Shown: positions 19,772 through 29,335 of the stretch, piece by piece
Layout: each line of letters begins with the position of its first letter
Numbering within the stretch: position 1 is the first letter of the stretch
Notes under the pieces: model-generated
The model's database searches: none
Told to the model about the DNA's origin: nothing
Seen by the model: only the letters and a program-made list of their open reading frames with translations
Assembly: GCF_014859555.1 (NCBI RefSeq)
Contig: NZ_JACUTY010000005.1
Span: forward strand, 1,462-65,461
Source of the DNA: Thiomicrospira sp.
GTDB lineage: Bacteria > Pseudomonadota > Gammaproteobacteria > Thiomicrospirales > Thiomicrospiraceae
Direction: 5' to 3'
DNA: 64,000 nucleotides
Translations under genes and position numbers: made by a program

Positions 19772-20266
19772 CCAGGCAATAAATGCAAAGCCTGCGGCTT
19801 GAAGCTCCATTAAAGCGGCGGCACCAACTTCGGCGTATTCTGCAAATGGGCGCATGTCTTTATGTTCCCAGCCGATGGTGTGCATGGTGTTGCCGCAAGC
19901 AATCCAACGCACGTTGTAGTCTTTTGCAAAACTCTCAACGCGGTCATAAATTAAAGACGGGACTTCGCGCTTAGGTTCTTTGGCCAAAACGTGAATGCCT
20001 GGGCCTATTACCACTACCGCAATTTCAACATCATCGCCGTACTGACGAATCATCGCTTGAATCGAGTTAAGAATGCTGGCTTGATAAGCTTCATCGGCTT
20101 GGTTAAACATATATACCACTTTATGCGTGGCGGGGTCGCCTGGGAAACGGTCTTGGCTTGGGCCTTTAATTTCAGGCACCGTCTTAAGGTTGTCACTAGC
20201 GATGGTTGGGGCGCTAAAGCCTAGGCTGGCGATTAAGCTAATCGCAAATATTTGAAGAAAACGCAT
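19769..20266 (-). CDS. Periplasmic DsrE/DsrF-like family protein
   Basis: Signal peptide, HKVVYMFN, VVVIGPGIH, IACGNT and GAAALMELQ. Likely ATG at 20266 after AAGGAG. Confidence 0.8.
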   Translation of the reverse strand: MRFLQIFAISLIASLGFSAPTIASDNLKTVPEIKGPSQDRFPGDPATHKVVYMFNQADEAYQASILNSIQAMIRQYGDDVEIAVVVIGPGIHVLAKEPKREVPSLIYDRVESFAKDYNVRWIACGNTMHTIGWEHKDMRPFAEYAEVGAAALMELQAAGFAFIAW

Positions 20267-20474
20267 TACACAGCTCCTTACCTTAAACAAAGACACAAAT
20301 ACTTATGGCTATAAGTATAAAGAAAATAATGCAGGCTTGTTGACTTGAATCCGGAGAATTCGCATTGCTTACACGATTGGCTAGGGATTTTAGGCGAAAA
20401 AAAACCGCGAGGCTGAAAAGACAATCTCACGGTTCCGGCTGCTTAAACACAAGTGTTAGAGCAACAAATTAGGA

Positions 20475-20684
20475 TTAAAGTGCTGTAACGTTTTCCGCTT
20501 GTAAGCCCTTATCACCTTCAGTAATGTTGAAAGTCACTGCTTGACCTTCAGCTAGGGTTCTACGGCCGTTGCCATTGATGGCACGGAAATGTACGAATAC
20601 ATCTGGACCATTTTCTTGTGCTAAAAAACCGAAACCTTTTTCATCGTTAAACCATTTAACGGTGCCTGTTACTATATCTGACAT
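20475..20684 (-). CDS. cspA: Cold-shock protein
   Basis: [14 protein letters not shown] (RNP1) and DVFVHF (RNP2); 69 aa. Confidence 0.95.
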   Translation of the reverse strand: MSDIVTGTVKWFNDEKGFGFLAQENGPDVFVHFRAINGNGRRTLAEGQAVTFNITEGDKGLQAENVTAL

Positions 20685-20895
20685 AACTACCTCAAAAAAA
20701 ACAAATAAAACGCCATCAAACTTAATGACGCTTGATCATTGTATCACCATGTTTTTAAAAAAGTATTGTTATATATGAATTATTTATTAATCAGTTCGCG
20801 AAAATGAGTGCCTGACATGCAAAAAAGCGCCTTTTCTATGGCGTTGGCGTCACGCAATCGTTACAATCCTTACAACTTATTTTTTGAGCAAAATC

Positions 20896-21699
20896 ATGAA
20901 ATCCAGCATTAAATTGAATACCGAAACCTTTGGTCAAGGCAAATCGCTCTGCCTAATTCATGGCTGGGGCGCGCAAAATTCGGTTTGGCGAGAGTGGGCT
21001 CAAACCCATCTTGCGCCTCATTTTGAAGTTACATTAATTGAATTACCGGGTTTTGGTGGTAGTCCAAAAATTGAATTGCAAGCGGGTGAAGACCTCAACC
21101 AGGCCTGGTTGGATGCGGTGGCCGATGTATTGCCGACCAAAACGTATTTATTAGGCTGGTCACTGGGTGGTTTGATTGCACTACAATTGGCCGAACGTTA
21201 TCCACAGCACATTAAATCTTTGATATGTTTGGCTTCTACGCCCAGTTTTGTGCAAACCGAGAATTGGAAATGGGGCGTTTCACCGGAATTAATGGGCGAC
21301 TTTATTAAAACCTTGGGTCTAGATAGCTTGGCGCTTTTAAGTCGGTTTTGGAAATTACAGTTGCAAGGATCGGATGGTGCACGCCAACTGATCAAACATT
21401 TTACGACCCAGATGAAAAATCGACGGATGCCAAGTTTCATCGGGTTATTACAAGGTTTGGAGTTATTACGTGATATTGATATGCGCAAAAATTTAGCCTC
21501 AATCCAACAACCCACGTTATGGTTGCTAGGCGAAAACGATCCGTTAGTACCGCAAGAGATCGTCAAGCTTTTACCCGAAATGCAGCCGAATTCGCAAGTT
21601 GAAATTATTCAAGGCGCCGCGCATGTTCCGTTTTTTTCGCATCCTGAGCAAACCGCGCAAAAAGTGAATGCTTTTTTATTAGGCGGTACACATGGTTAA
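20896..21699 (+). CDS. bioH: Pimeloyl-ACP methyl ester esterase
   Basis: LIHGWG, GWSLGG nucleophile elbow and AAHVPF. Start could be TTG 20884 or ATG 20896. Confidence 0.9.
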   Translation: MKSSIKLNTETFGQGKSLCLIHGWGAQNSVWREWAQTHLAPHFEVTLIELPGFGGSPKIELQAGEDLNQAWLDAVADVLPTKTYLLGWSLGGLIALQLAERYPQHIKSLICLASTPSFVQTENWKWGVSPELMGDFIKTLGLDSLALLSRFWKLQLQGSDGARQLIKHFTTQMKNRRMPSFIGLLQGLELLRDIDMRKNLASIQQPTLWLLGENDPLVPQEIVKLLPEMQPNSQVEIIQGAAHVPFFSHPEQTAQKVNAFLLGGTHG

Positions 21700-22627
21700 T
21701 CGCCAACATTTACGACAACATTTCTCCAAAGCCGCCGCACGTTACGATGAAGCGGCGGTATTGCAAAAGCTGTCCGCGCAAAACCTGGACAATCGTTTAG
21801 ATTTAATGGCGATGCAAGTAAACCAAGTATTAGATGTGGGCGCGGGCACTGGGTTTTTAACCGACAAATTGCTCGCGCGTTATCCCCATGCACAGATTAG
21901 CGCGTTGGATTTATCCCATAGCATGTTGCAACAAGCCAAGCGGCGTTTAATGCGCCCAATCTTTAACTGGTTGCCACCAAACTGGTCAACCCGTTTGGGT
22001 TGGTTAGCTTGTCCGGTGGCTTTAATTCAAGCCGATGCTTATGCTTTGCCGGTAGCCGATGCCAGTCAGGACTTGGTTGTTACCAACTTTATGTTGCAAT
22101 GGTGCGACGATTTAGATGCGGTGTTGGCGGAATTTCGACGCGTATTGCGCCCGGAAGGTTTGTTAATGCTTACCAGCTTGGGGCCGGATACCTTAAAAGA
22201 ACTCCGCCAGGCCTGGGTGTCGGTAGAAGGCGAAGCCGGGCATCAGCGTATGAATCATTTTATAGATATGCACGATTTAGGTGATGCGTTAATTCGCGCC
22301 GGCTTTGGTCAGCCAGTTATGGATGTGGAGCATTATACTTTAACGTATGATGAACCAATTGGTGTAATGCGCGACTTAAAAGCCATCGGTGCGACCAACG
22401 CGCAAGGCGAGCGCGCACAAGGTTTAACTGGCAAAACACGCTTTAAAGCCATGTTGGATGCGTATGAACTGGCGCGCAAACAGGGCAAAATTCCCGCTAG
22501 TTATGAAATTGTGCATGGCCACGCTTGGGCGGCTGAAGAAGTTATGAAAGGCCCGGGCCGCAATAAAGCCGGGGTTTATGAAATCACGTTAGACCAGTTT
22601 CAAAATCAATTAAAACCAGGGAGTTAA
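21692..22627 (+). CDS. bioC: Malonyl-ACP O-methyltransferase
   Basis: FSKAAARYD, LDVGAGTG, SLGPDTLKELR, FIDMHDLGD and DLKAIGA. Confidence 0.92.
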   Translation: MVNRQHLRQHFSKAAARYDEAAVLQKLSAQNLDNRLDLMAMQVNQVLDVGAGTGFLTDKLLARYPHAQISALDLSHSMLQQAKRRLMRPIFNWLPPNWSTRLGWLACPVALIQADAYALPVADASQDLVVTNFMLQWCDDLDAVLAEFRRVLRPEGLLMLTSLGPDTLKELRQAWVSVEGEAGHQRMNHFIDMHDLGDALIRAGFGQPVMDVEHYTLTYDEPIGVMRDLKAIGATNAQGERAQGLTGKTRFKAMLDAYELARKQGKIPASYEIVHGHAWAAEEVMKGPGRNKAGVYEITLDQFQNQLKPGS

Positions 22628-22631
22628 GTTT

Positions 22632-23003
22632 ATGTATTTCGGATTAGTTTTATTGCACAAAATCGCGGTGTTATTAAGCATTGTTGGGTTTTTTGGCCGC
22701 GGTGTTGGGCATATTTTTAACCAAAACTGGGTCACCAAAAAGCCGGTTAAAATTCTGCCACACATTGTGGATACTTTATTATTGGTCTCAGCGATCGGGA
22801 TAGTACTGGTCACCGGTTTTAGTTTCACCGATCCGTGGATTGTCGCCAAAATCTTAGGTTTAGTTGCTTATATTGGCTTAGGTTTAATGGCCTTCCGCTT
22901 CGCCAAAACCCGCGCCCAAAAAGCGATTTATTGGTTAATCGCCTTAGTTGTGTTGTTCTATATCGTTGCAGTAGCGGTACATAAGGTTGTTTGGCCGTTC
23001 TAA
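22632..23003 (+). CDS. SirB2-family inner membrane protein
   Basis: 4-TM protein with ILPHIVDTLLLVSAI and WIVAKI...YIGLG signatures. Confidence 0.8.
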   Translation: MYFGLVLLHKIAVLLSIVGFFGRGVGHIFNQNWVTKKPVKILPHIVDTLLLVSAIGIVLVTGFSFTDPWIVAKILGLVAYIGLGLMAFRFAKTRAQKAIYWLIALVVLFYIVAVAVHKVVWPF

Positions 23004-23031
23004 TGCAAGCTATGTGGCGCAAGTGTGTAGC

Positions 23032-23706
23032 TTAGCGGCGGAATGGGCTTTGGTTTTTGAGTGCGAGTCTGAACCAGGCGATGGCAATTGGAATGCAGGC
23101 CAATGCTGGGATCAGTAGACTGGCACCATGCCAGTTGGCAAACATGATGATGCCGAAGATGCCGCCGACAAGAAAGGTCGAAACTAGCGTAATTAACAAC
23201 CAGGCCTGCCAAGGCCAGCCCTGGCCTTTGATCATTCTAGCCATATAAACACCCAAGTCGGTGACGATGCCAGTGACGTGGGTTGTGCGCATTTGTAGGC
23301 CACGGTATTTAGCGGTGAGGGCGTTTTGTAGGCCGCAAGCAAAAGCAGTGGTAAATAAGGTCGCTAGGTGCATTTGGCTGGCGAGCCAGGCGCTAATAAA
23401 CAGGCTAGCGGAAAGCAAGGTCATGCCGAGTGCAAACCGCCGATCTTGAGGGCTTTCTCGATCACCAATCACCAGGCCTGAAACCAGTGCGCCAAGTATA
23501 AATCCAATCAGCACTAATAAACCTTTAAAACCTAACGCCCAATCTGTGTGATACATGCTTTCACTTAAACGAGACATGATCCCGGTCATTTGGCTGACGG
23601 GTAAGCCAAATTCTAAGAATAAAATAGTGTTGATATAACCGGCTTGCATGGCCATAAAGCCACCCAATAGCATAAAATTTCGAATAGAAAAGGGGTTTGG
23701 GTTCAT
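23032..23706 (-). CDS. YoaK/DUF1275 family membrane protein
   Basis: AGYINT, SQMTG, ACGLQNA and RTTHVTG motifs. Confidence 0.85.
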   Translation of the reverse strand: MNPNPFSIRNFMLLGGFMAMQAGYINTILFLEFGLPVSQMTGIMSRLSESMYHTDWALGFKGLLVLIGFILGALVSGLVIGDRESPQDRRFALGMTLLSASLFISAWLASQMHLATLFTTAFACGLQNALTAKYRGLQMRTTHVTGIVTDLGVYMARMIKGQGWPWQAWLLITLVSTFLVGGIFGIIMFANWHGASLLIPALACIPIAIAWFRLALKNQSPFRR

Positions 23707-23732
23707 TATGTTGGATTTATGTTTTTTAAAGT

Positions 23733-23754
23733 AAAAGCGCCCATTAAAGGGCGC
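23733..23754 (-). terminator. Intrinsic terminator of rpoH
   Basis: GCGCCC-tttaat-GGGCGC-TTTT on the minus strand. Confidence 0.65.
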
Positions 23755-23779
23755 GTATAAAGAGAGAGTTGAGCGAGTG

Positions 23780-24646
23780 TTAGGCCGTTAATGTTATGTC
23801 TTGATTTAATATGGCTTTCATTTTTTTCATGGCTTGTTGTTCGATTTGGCGAATACGTTCCATCGAAACACCATGTTTTGCAGAGAGCTCTTTTAAACCG
23901 AGCTTGTTTTCACCTAACCAGCGCGATTGGATAATATCTAAGCTGCGTTCATCAAGTTGTTTCAGTGCGGCTTGCATGAGTTCAGTTTGACGCGATTCTT
24001 CAGTTTCGCGCACCCAGTGAGTTTCCGGATCAAGTTCATGACTCACCAGAATAGGTGAGTTATAACCACGTTCTTCTTCCTCATCCGAACTCATGTCGAC
24101 TTGAATGTCTTTGCCGTATAAACGACTGTCCATTTCAAGCACGTCAGCACGAGTTACGCCAAGTTCTTCAGCGACACGGTCGGCATCTTTGTCAGTAAAC
24201 CAAGCTAACGCATGTTTCGCACCGCGCAATTTAAAGAACAACTTACGCTGTGCTTTGGTGGTGGCGGTTTTGACAATGCGCCAGTTTTTAATCACAAACT
24301 CGTTAATTTCAGCGCGAATCCAATGCACCGCAAAGGTCATTAAACGCACTTTTTCTTCTGGATTAAAACGTTTAACAGCTTTCATTAAACCAATATTGCC
24401 TTCCTGGATTAAGTCGCTTAATGGCAAACCGTAGCCTTTATAGCTACGCGCCACCGATACCACATAACGTAGTGAAGACAAGATCAGTTGGCGAGCCGCT
24501 TCTAAGTCTTGTTGATAATACAAGCGCTCAGCTAATGCACGTTCTTCCTCGGCGTTTAATTGAGGAAGCGTACGAACTGTGCGCAAATAGCTATCTAGGT
24601 TTTTGCCAGGAGTTAGCTGTTGGATTGTAAGCGCAGTAGTTGTCAT
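23780..24646 (-). CDS. rpoH: RNA polymerase sigma-32 factor
   Basis: DLIQEGNIGLMKAV, RpoH box QRKLFFKLR, and VSMERIRQIE. Confidence 0.96.
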   Translation of the reverse strand: MTTTALTIQQLTPGKNLDSYLRTVRTLPQLNAEEERALAERLYYQQDLEAARQLILSSLRYVVSVARSYKGYGLPLSDLIQEGNIGLMKAVKRFNPEEKVRLMTFAVHWIRAEINEFVIKNWRIVKTATTKAQRKLFFKLRGAKHALAWFTDKDADRVAEELGVTRADVLEMDSRLYGKDIQVDMSSDEEEERGYNSPILVSHELDPETHWVRETEESRQTELMQAALKQLDERSLDIIQSRWLGENKLGLKELSAKHGVSMERIRQIEQQAMKKMKAILNQDITLTA

Positions 24647-24821
24647 GTTTCACGACCTCTTCAGTTGTTTTTTCTATCCGTTTAAAATAACACTTGTGAA
24701 CAAAAATAGCAAGTGTGTTTTGTATATGGCTTGTAATGATGCTGGCCGATATTGTGTAATTATTACAGTAGGTTGGATGTCAAAGTTAAAGCTAAATTTA
24801 GAGTAAATTGTGGATGGCGGC

Positions 24822-25343
24822 TTAGGTTTTTGTCGATGGGTTTAAGCGCGATTGCATGACTTGCTGAACTTCAGAAAGTTGCGCGCCTGTTAGCGAATAG
24901 GTTTGGGCAAATCCGGCGACATAATGGGCTTGCTGAGGTGTGAGTTTTAAGAGTTGGAAATCTTGCATGCTGGTGAGTAAAGACATCATTTGGGGGTGTT
25001 GTTGGCTAAATAACCCGATGATGTCTGCCCAAATATCAGTGTCACGCGGGATGGTTTCAGCGATTACTTTAAGCCTGACACGTTCGCGCGCAAATAAATT
25101 GTGGGTTTTGGATTCGTCTTCAATAAACAATAGCTCAGCTTGCGGGTGATTTTTAAGGTTTTGGGTGTGACTCGCCAGTTCCGAAATATAAATATAAAAG
25201 CAGGCCTGGTGCTGGATAACGGGTGCATAACTTACCTCTGGTTCACCATCGCTGGAAAGACTGCCAATCACAGCGGTTTGAAAGCTGGCGATAAACTGCT
25301 GAAATTGAAGCCATATGGTTTGCGGATCATTTTTGTTCATCAC
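24822..25343 (-). CDS. HugZ/HutZ-like pyridoxamine 5'-phosphate oxidase-fold heme utilisation protein
   Basis: VSYAP, YIYISELASHTQNL, LFIEDE, FARER and AGFAQTY. Confidence 0.78.
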   Translation of the reverse strand: MMNKNDPQTIWLQFQQFIASFQTAVIGSLSSDGEPEVSYAPVIQHQACFYIYISELASHTQNLKNHPQAELLFIEDESKTHNLFARERVRLKVIAETIPRDTDIWADIIGLFSQQHPQMMSLLTSMQDFQLLKLTPQQAHYVAGFAQTYSLTGAQLSEVQQVMQSRLNPSTKT

Positions 25344-25348
25344 GTTAC

Positions 25349-27385
25349 CTAAAGTTTAACGCGCCTCAACAGCTGCGCATTGATGGCGACGATAACGGTG
25401 CTGGCCGACATTAATACGGCGCCAACGGCGGGCGACAATAAAATACCCCAAGCGGCTAATGCACCGGCGGCAAGTGGAATAGCGGCGATATTGTAGCCAG
25501 CCGCCCACCACAAGTTTTGCAACATTTTACGATAAGTGGCTTTGGATAAGGTAATGATACGCGGAATGTCGCGTGGGTCGGAGCGCACTAATACGATATG
25601 ACCGGCTTCGACTGCGACATCCGTGCCAGCGCCAATCGCAATGCCGATATCGGCGGTTGCTAAAGCAGGCGCATCGTTGACGCCATCTCCCACCATAGCC
25701 ACCCTGCGACCACCTGTTTGAAGTTCCTTAATTTTGGAAGCTTTATCTTCCGGTAACACTTCGGAAAATACCAGGTCAATACCTAATTGTTTTGCCACTG
25801 CATCGGCAACGTTTTTCGCATCGCCGGTCAGCATCGCGACTTGAATGCCCAGTTTATGCAGCGTTTGAATCGCGGCTTTACTTTCTTCACGCACCGCATC
25901 GGCGACCGCAAATAACGCGATGGCTTGTTGTTTGTGTAGTAGATAAATGACCGCATGGCCTTGTTGTTCGGCTTTTTGGGCGGCTTGTTTTAAATCTTCG
26001 CCTAGTTCGGCCTTTTCTAATTCGAGTAGGTTGGCACCGCCCATTAAATAGGCTTCGCCATCAACCTGAGCAGAAACCCCTTTGCCAGTTAAAGATTGAA
26101 AGTTTTGTGCAGCAGGAAAGCTTAATTTATGATCTTTAGCAGTGCGAACAATACCTTGTGCAATCGGATGTTCGGATTCAGATTCAATGCTGGCGGCAAT
26201 CTTTAGTGCTTGCTCATCTGATAAGCTGTGTGTGGCTTGACTGACCACTCGAAATTCGCCCAGTGTAAGGGTGCCGGTTTTATCAAATACAATGGTATCA
26301 AGGTTTCGTGCCTGTTCGAGACCACGTTGATCCCGCACTAATAAACCGTTGTTCGCACCCAAACTGGTGGAGATCGCAATCACTAAAGGCACGGCTAAAC
26401 CTAATGCGTGTGGGCAAGCGATAACTAAAACCGTAACCACGCGTACAATCGAGAACTCGATGTCGGCACCGACAAACTGCCATGCGATCAAAGTAATGAC
26501 ACCGGCACTAATTGCGACGGCTGTTAAAGCGCGAGCGGCGCGATCCGCCAGGTGTTGGGCACCGGATTTGGATTGTTGTGCATCTTTAACCAAACGCATA
26601 ATGCCGGATAATTTGGTTTTATCACCCGTTTGGGTGACTTCAAGCCGAAGTGAACCACGGCCATTAATTGTGCCGGCAATTAGGTTGTCACCAGGTTTTT
26701 TGCTTACCGGTTTTGATTCGCCAGTAATCATGGATTCGTTAACATCGCTCTGGCCTATTTTTAGCACGCCGTCGGCTGGAATACTGCCACCAGGCCTGAC
26801 TAATAATAGGTCGCCCGTTTTGAGTTCACTCACCGCGACTTGTTGTTCTTGGTCGCCACTTATACGTGTGGCTTGGTCGGGTAATAACTTGGCTAGTTCT
26901 TGCAACGCACCTTGGGCTTGATTGATCGAGCGCATCTCAATCCAGTGACCTAATAACATAATAGTAACTAAGGTTGCCAGTTCCCACCAAAGGGCTTGCG
27001 CATCAATCCACCCCAGTTGCACCACCCAAGAAAATATAAACGCGACCCCGATGGCGAGTGAAATTAAGGTCATCATGCCGGGTAAACGCTCGCTTATTTC
27101 ATGCCAAGCGCCTTTTAAAAATACCAGGCCGCCATAAAGAAAAATAGCCGTACCCAATACAGGAGCAATCCAGTCGGAACCCCAAAATTGTGGTGCATCG
27201 TAGCCAACTAGCGATTGAATATGACCCGACCAAAATACAATAGGCAAAGTCATTAAGAGTGATAACCAAAATCGGTCGCGAAACATTTCTGGGCTATGGC
27301 CAGCATGTTTGTCATGATGATGAGTATTTGAATGAGATGAGTGTTCTGAATGCGAATCATGACCATGATGTGTTGGATGAGTCAT
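25349..27385 (-). CDS. copB: Copper-translocating P1B-3 ATPase (CopB type)
   Basis: His-rich N-terminus, TGES, CPH transmembrane motif, DKTGT, GDGVND, YN and MSAST. Confidence 0.9.
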   Translation of the reverse strand: MTHPTHHGHDSHSEHSSHSNTHHHDKHAGHSPEMFRDRFWLSLLMTLPIVFWSGHIQSLVGYDAPQFWGSDWIAPVLGTAIFLYGGLVFLKGAWHEISERLPGMMTLISLAIGVAFIFSWVVQLGWIDAQALWWELATLVTIMLLGHWIEMRSINQAQGALQELAKLLPDQATRISGDQEQQVAVSELKTGDLLLVRPGGSIPADGVLKIGQSDVNESMITGESKPVSKKPGDNLIAGTINGRGSLRLEVTQTGDKTKLSGIMRLVKDAQQSKSGAQHLADRAARALTAVAISAGVITLIAWQFVGADIEFSIVRVVTVLVIACPHALGLAVPLVIAISTSLGANNGLLVRDQRGLEQARNLDTIVFDKTGTLTLGEFRVVSQATHSLSDEQALKIAASIESESEHPIAQGIVRTAKDHKLSFPAAQNFQSLTGKGVSAQVDGEAYLMGGANLLELEKAELGEDLKQAAQKAEQQGHAVIYLLHKQQAIALFAVADAVREESKAAIQTLHKLGIQVAMLTGDAKNVADAVAKQLGIDLVFSEVLPEDKASKIKELQTGGRRVAMVGDGVNDAPALATADIGIAIGAGTDVAVEAGHIVLVRSDPRDIPRIITLSKATYRKMLQNLWWAAGYNIAAIPLAAGALAAWGILLSPAVGAVLMSASTVIVAINAQLLRRVKL

Positions 27386-27429
27386 AAAAGCTTCCTTTTG
27401 TAAAAGGCCATGAATAGAATGCTTGTTTC

Positions 27430-27458
27430 ATCATAATCATCTGGGTTGTAAAAGTCAA
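27430..27458 (-). promoter_or_regulatory. sigma70 promoter of copB (TTGACT-17-TATGAT)
   Basis: On the minus strand: -35 at 27453-27458, -10 at 27430-27435, 17-nt spacer. Confidence 0.65.
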
Positions 27459-27590
27459 AAGACTAATTAATTGATTTGTAATGCATTATTAATGCTGTGA
27501 TTAAGGGTGGCTCTGCTTGACGAACTGAATTGATGCCTGATTGGCTAAGAGTGGGTACAATGTTTGCATTTGTTGATTGGCGTAATTTAA

Positions 27591-28616
27591 ATGCAAAACC
27601 GTTTATTAAATTCCCCTAGCCTAGCCTTGATTGGCCTGGTTAGTTTTCTCTTGGCTTTGAGCGTGTTGTCACTCCAAGTCGGCGCGATTGACTGGCGCTG
27701 GTCGGAGGTTTTGCATGCTTTGGTTTCCAGCGAGTCGGAGGCGCATTGGGTCGTATGGGAAATCCGTTTGCCACGCTTACTGGTGGCGATTGCGGTGGGC
27801 GCTGGTTTAGGAATGGCCGGAGCCGCGATGCAAGGCTTGTTTCGTAATCCATTAGCCGATCCAGGCCTGGTGGGAGTATCAAGTGGCGCGGCTTTGGCGG
27901 CGGTATTAGTGATTGTTTTTGGCCCGGCTTGGTGGTTGGATTGGGTGGGGTTAGGTTTAGCGATTCCGTTGGCGGCTTTTTTAGGTGGTCTTGCAGTGAC
28001 TTGGTTAATTTATAGATTAGCGAGTTATCGCGGTACAACTGATGTTGCGTTAATGTTGTTGGCGGGGATTGCGATTAATGCCATGGCGGGAGCCGCGACG
28101 GGTTTACTGGCTTATTGGGCGAGTGATGAAGCGCTACGCAGCTTAACTTTCTGGGCGTTTGGTTCATTGGCGCATTCGAGTTGGCGTGAAGTCATGATGA
28201 TTTGGTGGCCAATGTTGATGGTTTGGTTGATCCTGCCTTTATGGGCGAGCGATTTAAATCGTTATTTGATGGGTGAAGCCAGTGCACGGCATTTGGGTGT
28301 GCATGTGAAACGCTTAAAATTTGTCATTATCACCTTAGTCGCATTAGCGGTGGGCGCAAGTGTGGCGGTGGCCGGTGTGGTGGGATTTGTTGGTTTGATT
28401 GCGCCACATTTGGTGCGTTTGTTAGTCGGGCCGGATCATCGTTGGTTGTTGGTGTTAAGTGGTTTAATGGGCGCGTTGTTAGTCGTGACCGCCGACAGCT
28501 TGGCACGCAGTTTAATTGCACCGAGTGAATTACCGATTGGATTATTAATTGCGGCTTTGGGCGGTCCGTTCTTTTTATGGTTGTTGTTAAAACAGCGTCA
28601 TCGGTTACACGTTTAA
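27591..28616 (+). CDS. FecCD/HmuU/BtuC-family ABC permease (no partner genes adjacent)
   Basis: IRLPR, LFRNPLADP, GEASARHLGV, GFVGLIAPH and ELPIG...GGPFF. Confidence 0.9.
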   Translation: MQNRLLNSPSLALIGLVSFLLALSVLSLQVGAIDWRWSEVLHALVSSESEAHWVVWEIRLPRLLVAIAVGAGLGMAGAAMQGLFRNPLADPGLVGVSSGAALAAVLVIVFGPAWWLDWVGLGLAIPLAAFLGGLAVTWLIYRLASYRGTTDVALMLLAGIAINAMAGAATGLLAYWASDEALRSLTFWAFGSLAHSSWREVMMIWWPMLMVWLILPLWASDLNRYLMGEASARHLGVHVKRLKFVIITLVALAVGASVAVAGVVGFVGLIAPHLVRLLVGPDHRWLLVLSGLMGALLVVTADSLARSLIAPSELPIGLLIAALGGPFFLWLLLKQRHRLHV

Positions 28617-28630
28617 ATCTATTCGAGTGG

Positions 28631-29329
28631 CTAGCGTCTAAAGCCGCTAAACCATTTCCACAGATTAAATAAACTCGCCAAACTGCTGCTGACATAGGTC
28701 ATAGCGCAGGCGGTTAAAATATGGCGTGCGCGTTTCATATCTTTTTTATCCAGATATTCGCCTTCTTGCAATAACGGCAAGGCTCGTTTGTAGCTGGCAT
28801 CAAACTCGACCGGCAGGGTGGATAAATGAATCAACACCGGAATGCCCATTGCAATAAAGCCAGCCGCAAAGGTCACCATGCCGATAACAGGCGTGTGCAT
28901 TAGTGGGATTAAAACGGGCGTTGCCATTAAGGCAATCCCACTAAATTTTTGTAACCATTGCGAACGCTCCACCATTTGGGTGCGAGTTAATAGTGGTTCA
29001 TAATGGGTTTTATGCTGAATCGCGTGGCCAATTTCATGGGCCGTCGTCACTATGGCGGTAAGCGAGTTACTGTGAAAGTTTTGACTGGATAAACGCACGA
29101 CTTTATCGATCGGGTCATAATGATCACCGATTGCTGAACCGGAAGGGATTTCTTCAATTCGTACATCTTGAAGTGAATATTTACGGATTAAATGTTCTCC
29201 AAACTCATGTGCGCTGCCAGGTAAGCTTGGGTGTGGGTGACTGTGCTTTTTAAGAATAGCTTGTGTCCACCACTGAGGAACAAAGCTGATTATCGCCAAC
29301 AAAACCAGACCAATAATTAAAACCGCCAT
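28631..29329 (-). CDS. YugP-like neutral zinc metallopeptidase
   Basis: DHYDP, AHEIGHAIQH (HExxH), LPVEFDAS and AMTYV. Confidence 0.85.
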   Translation of the reverse strand: MAVLIIGLVLLAIISFVPQWWTQAILKKHSHPHPSLPGSAHEFGEHLIRKYSLQDVRIEEIPSGSAIGDHYDPIDKVVRLSSQNFHSNSLTAIVTTAHEIGHAIQHKTHYEPLLTRTQMVERSQWLQKFSGIALMATPVLIPLMHTPVIGMVTFAAGFIAMGIPVLIHLSTLPVEFDASYKRALPLLQEGEYLDKKDMKRARHILTACAMTYVSSSLASLFNLWKWFSGFRR

Positions 29330-29335
29330 AAGGGG

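Noticed and set aside
21199-21207. Perfect DnaA box TTATCCACA
   Set aside because: Single copy inside bioH coding sequence; no origin-like cluster.
26349-26921. 190-aa ORF antisense to copB (and similar antisense ORFs at 44537-44944, 35376-35726, 33670-33987)
   Set aside because: Reverse-frame shadows of well-supported genes, with Ala/Thr/Ser-rich composition typical of antisense reading.
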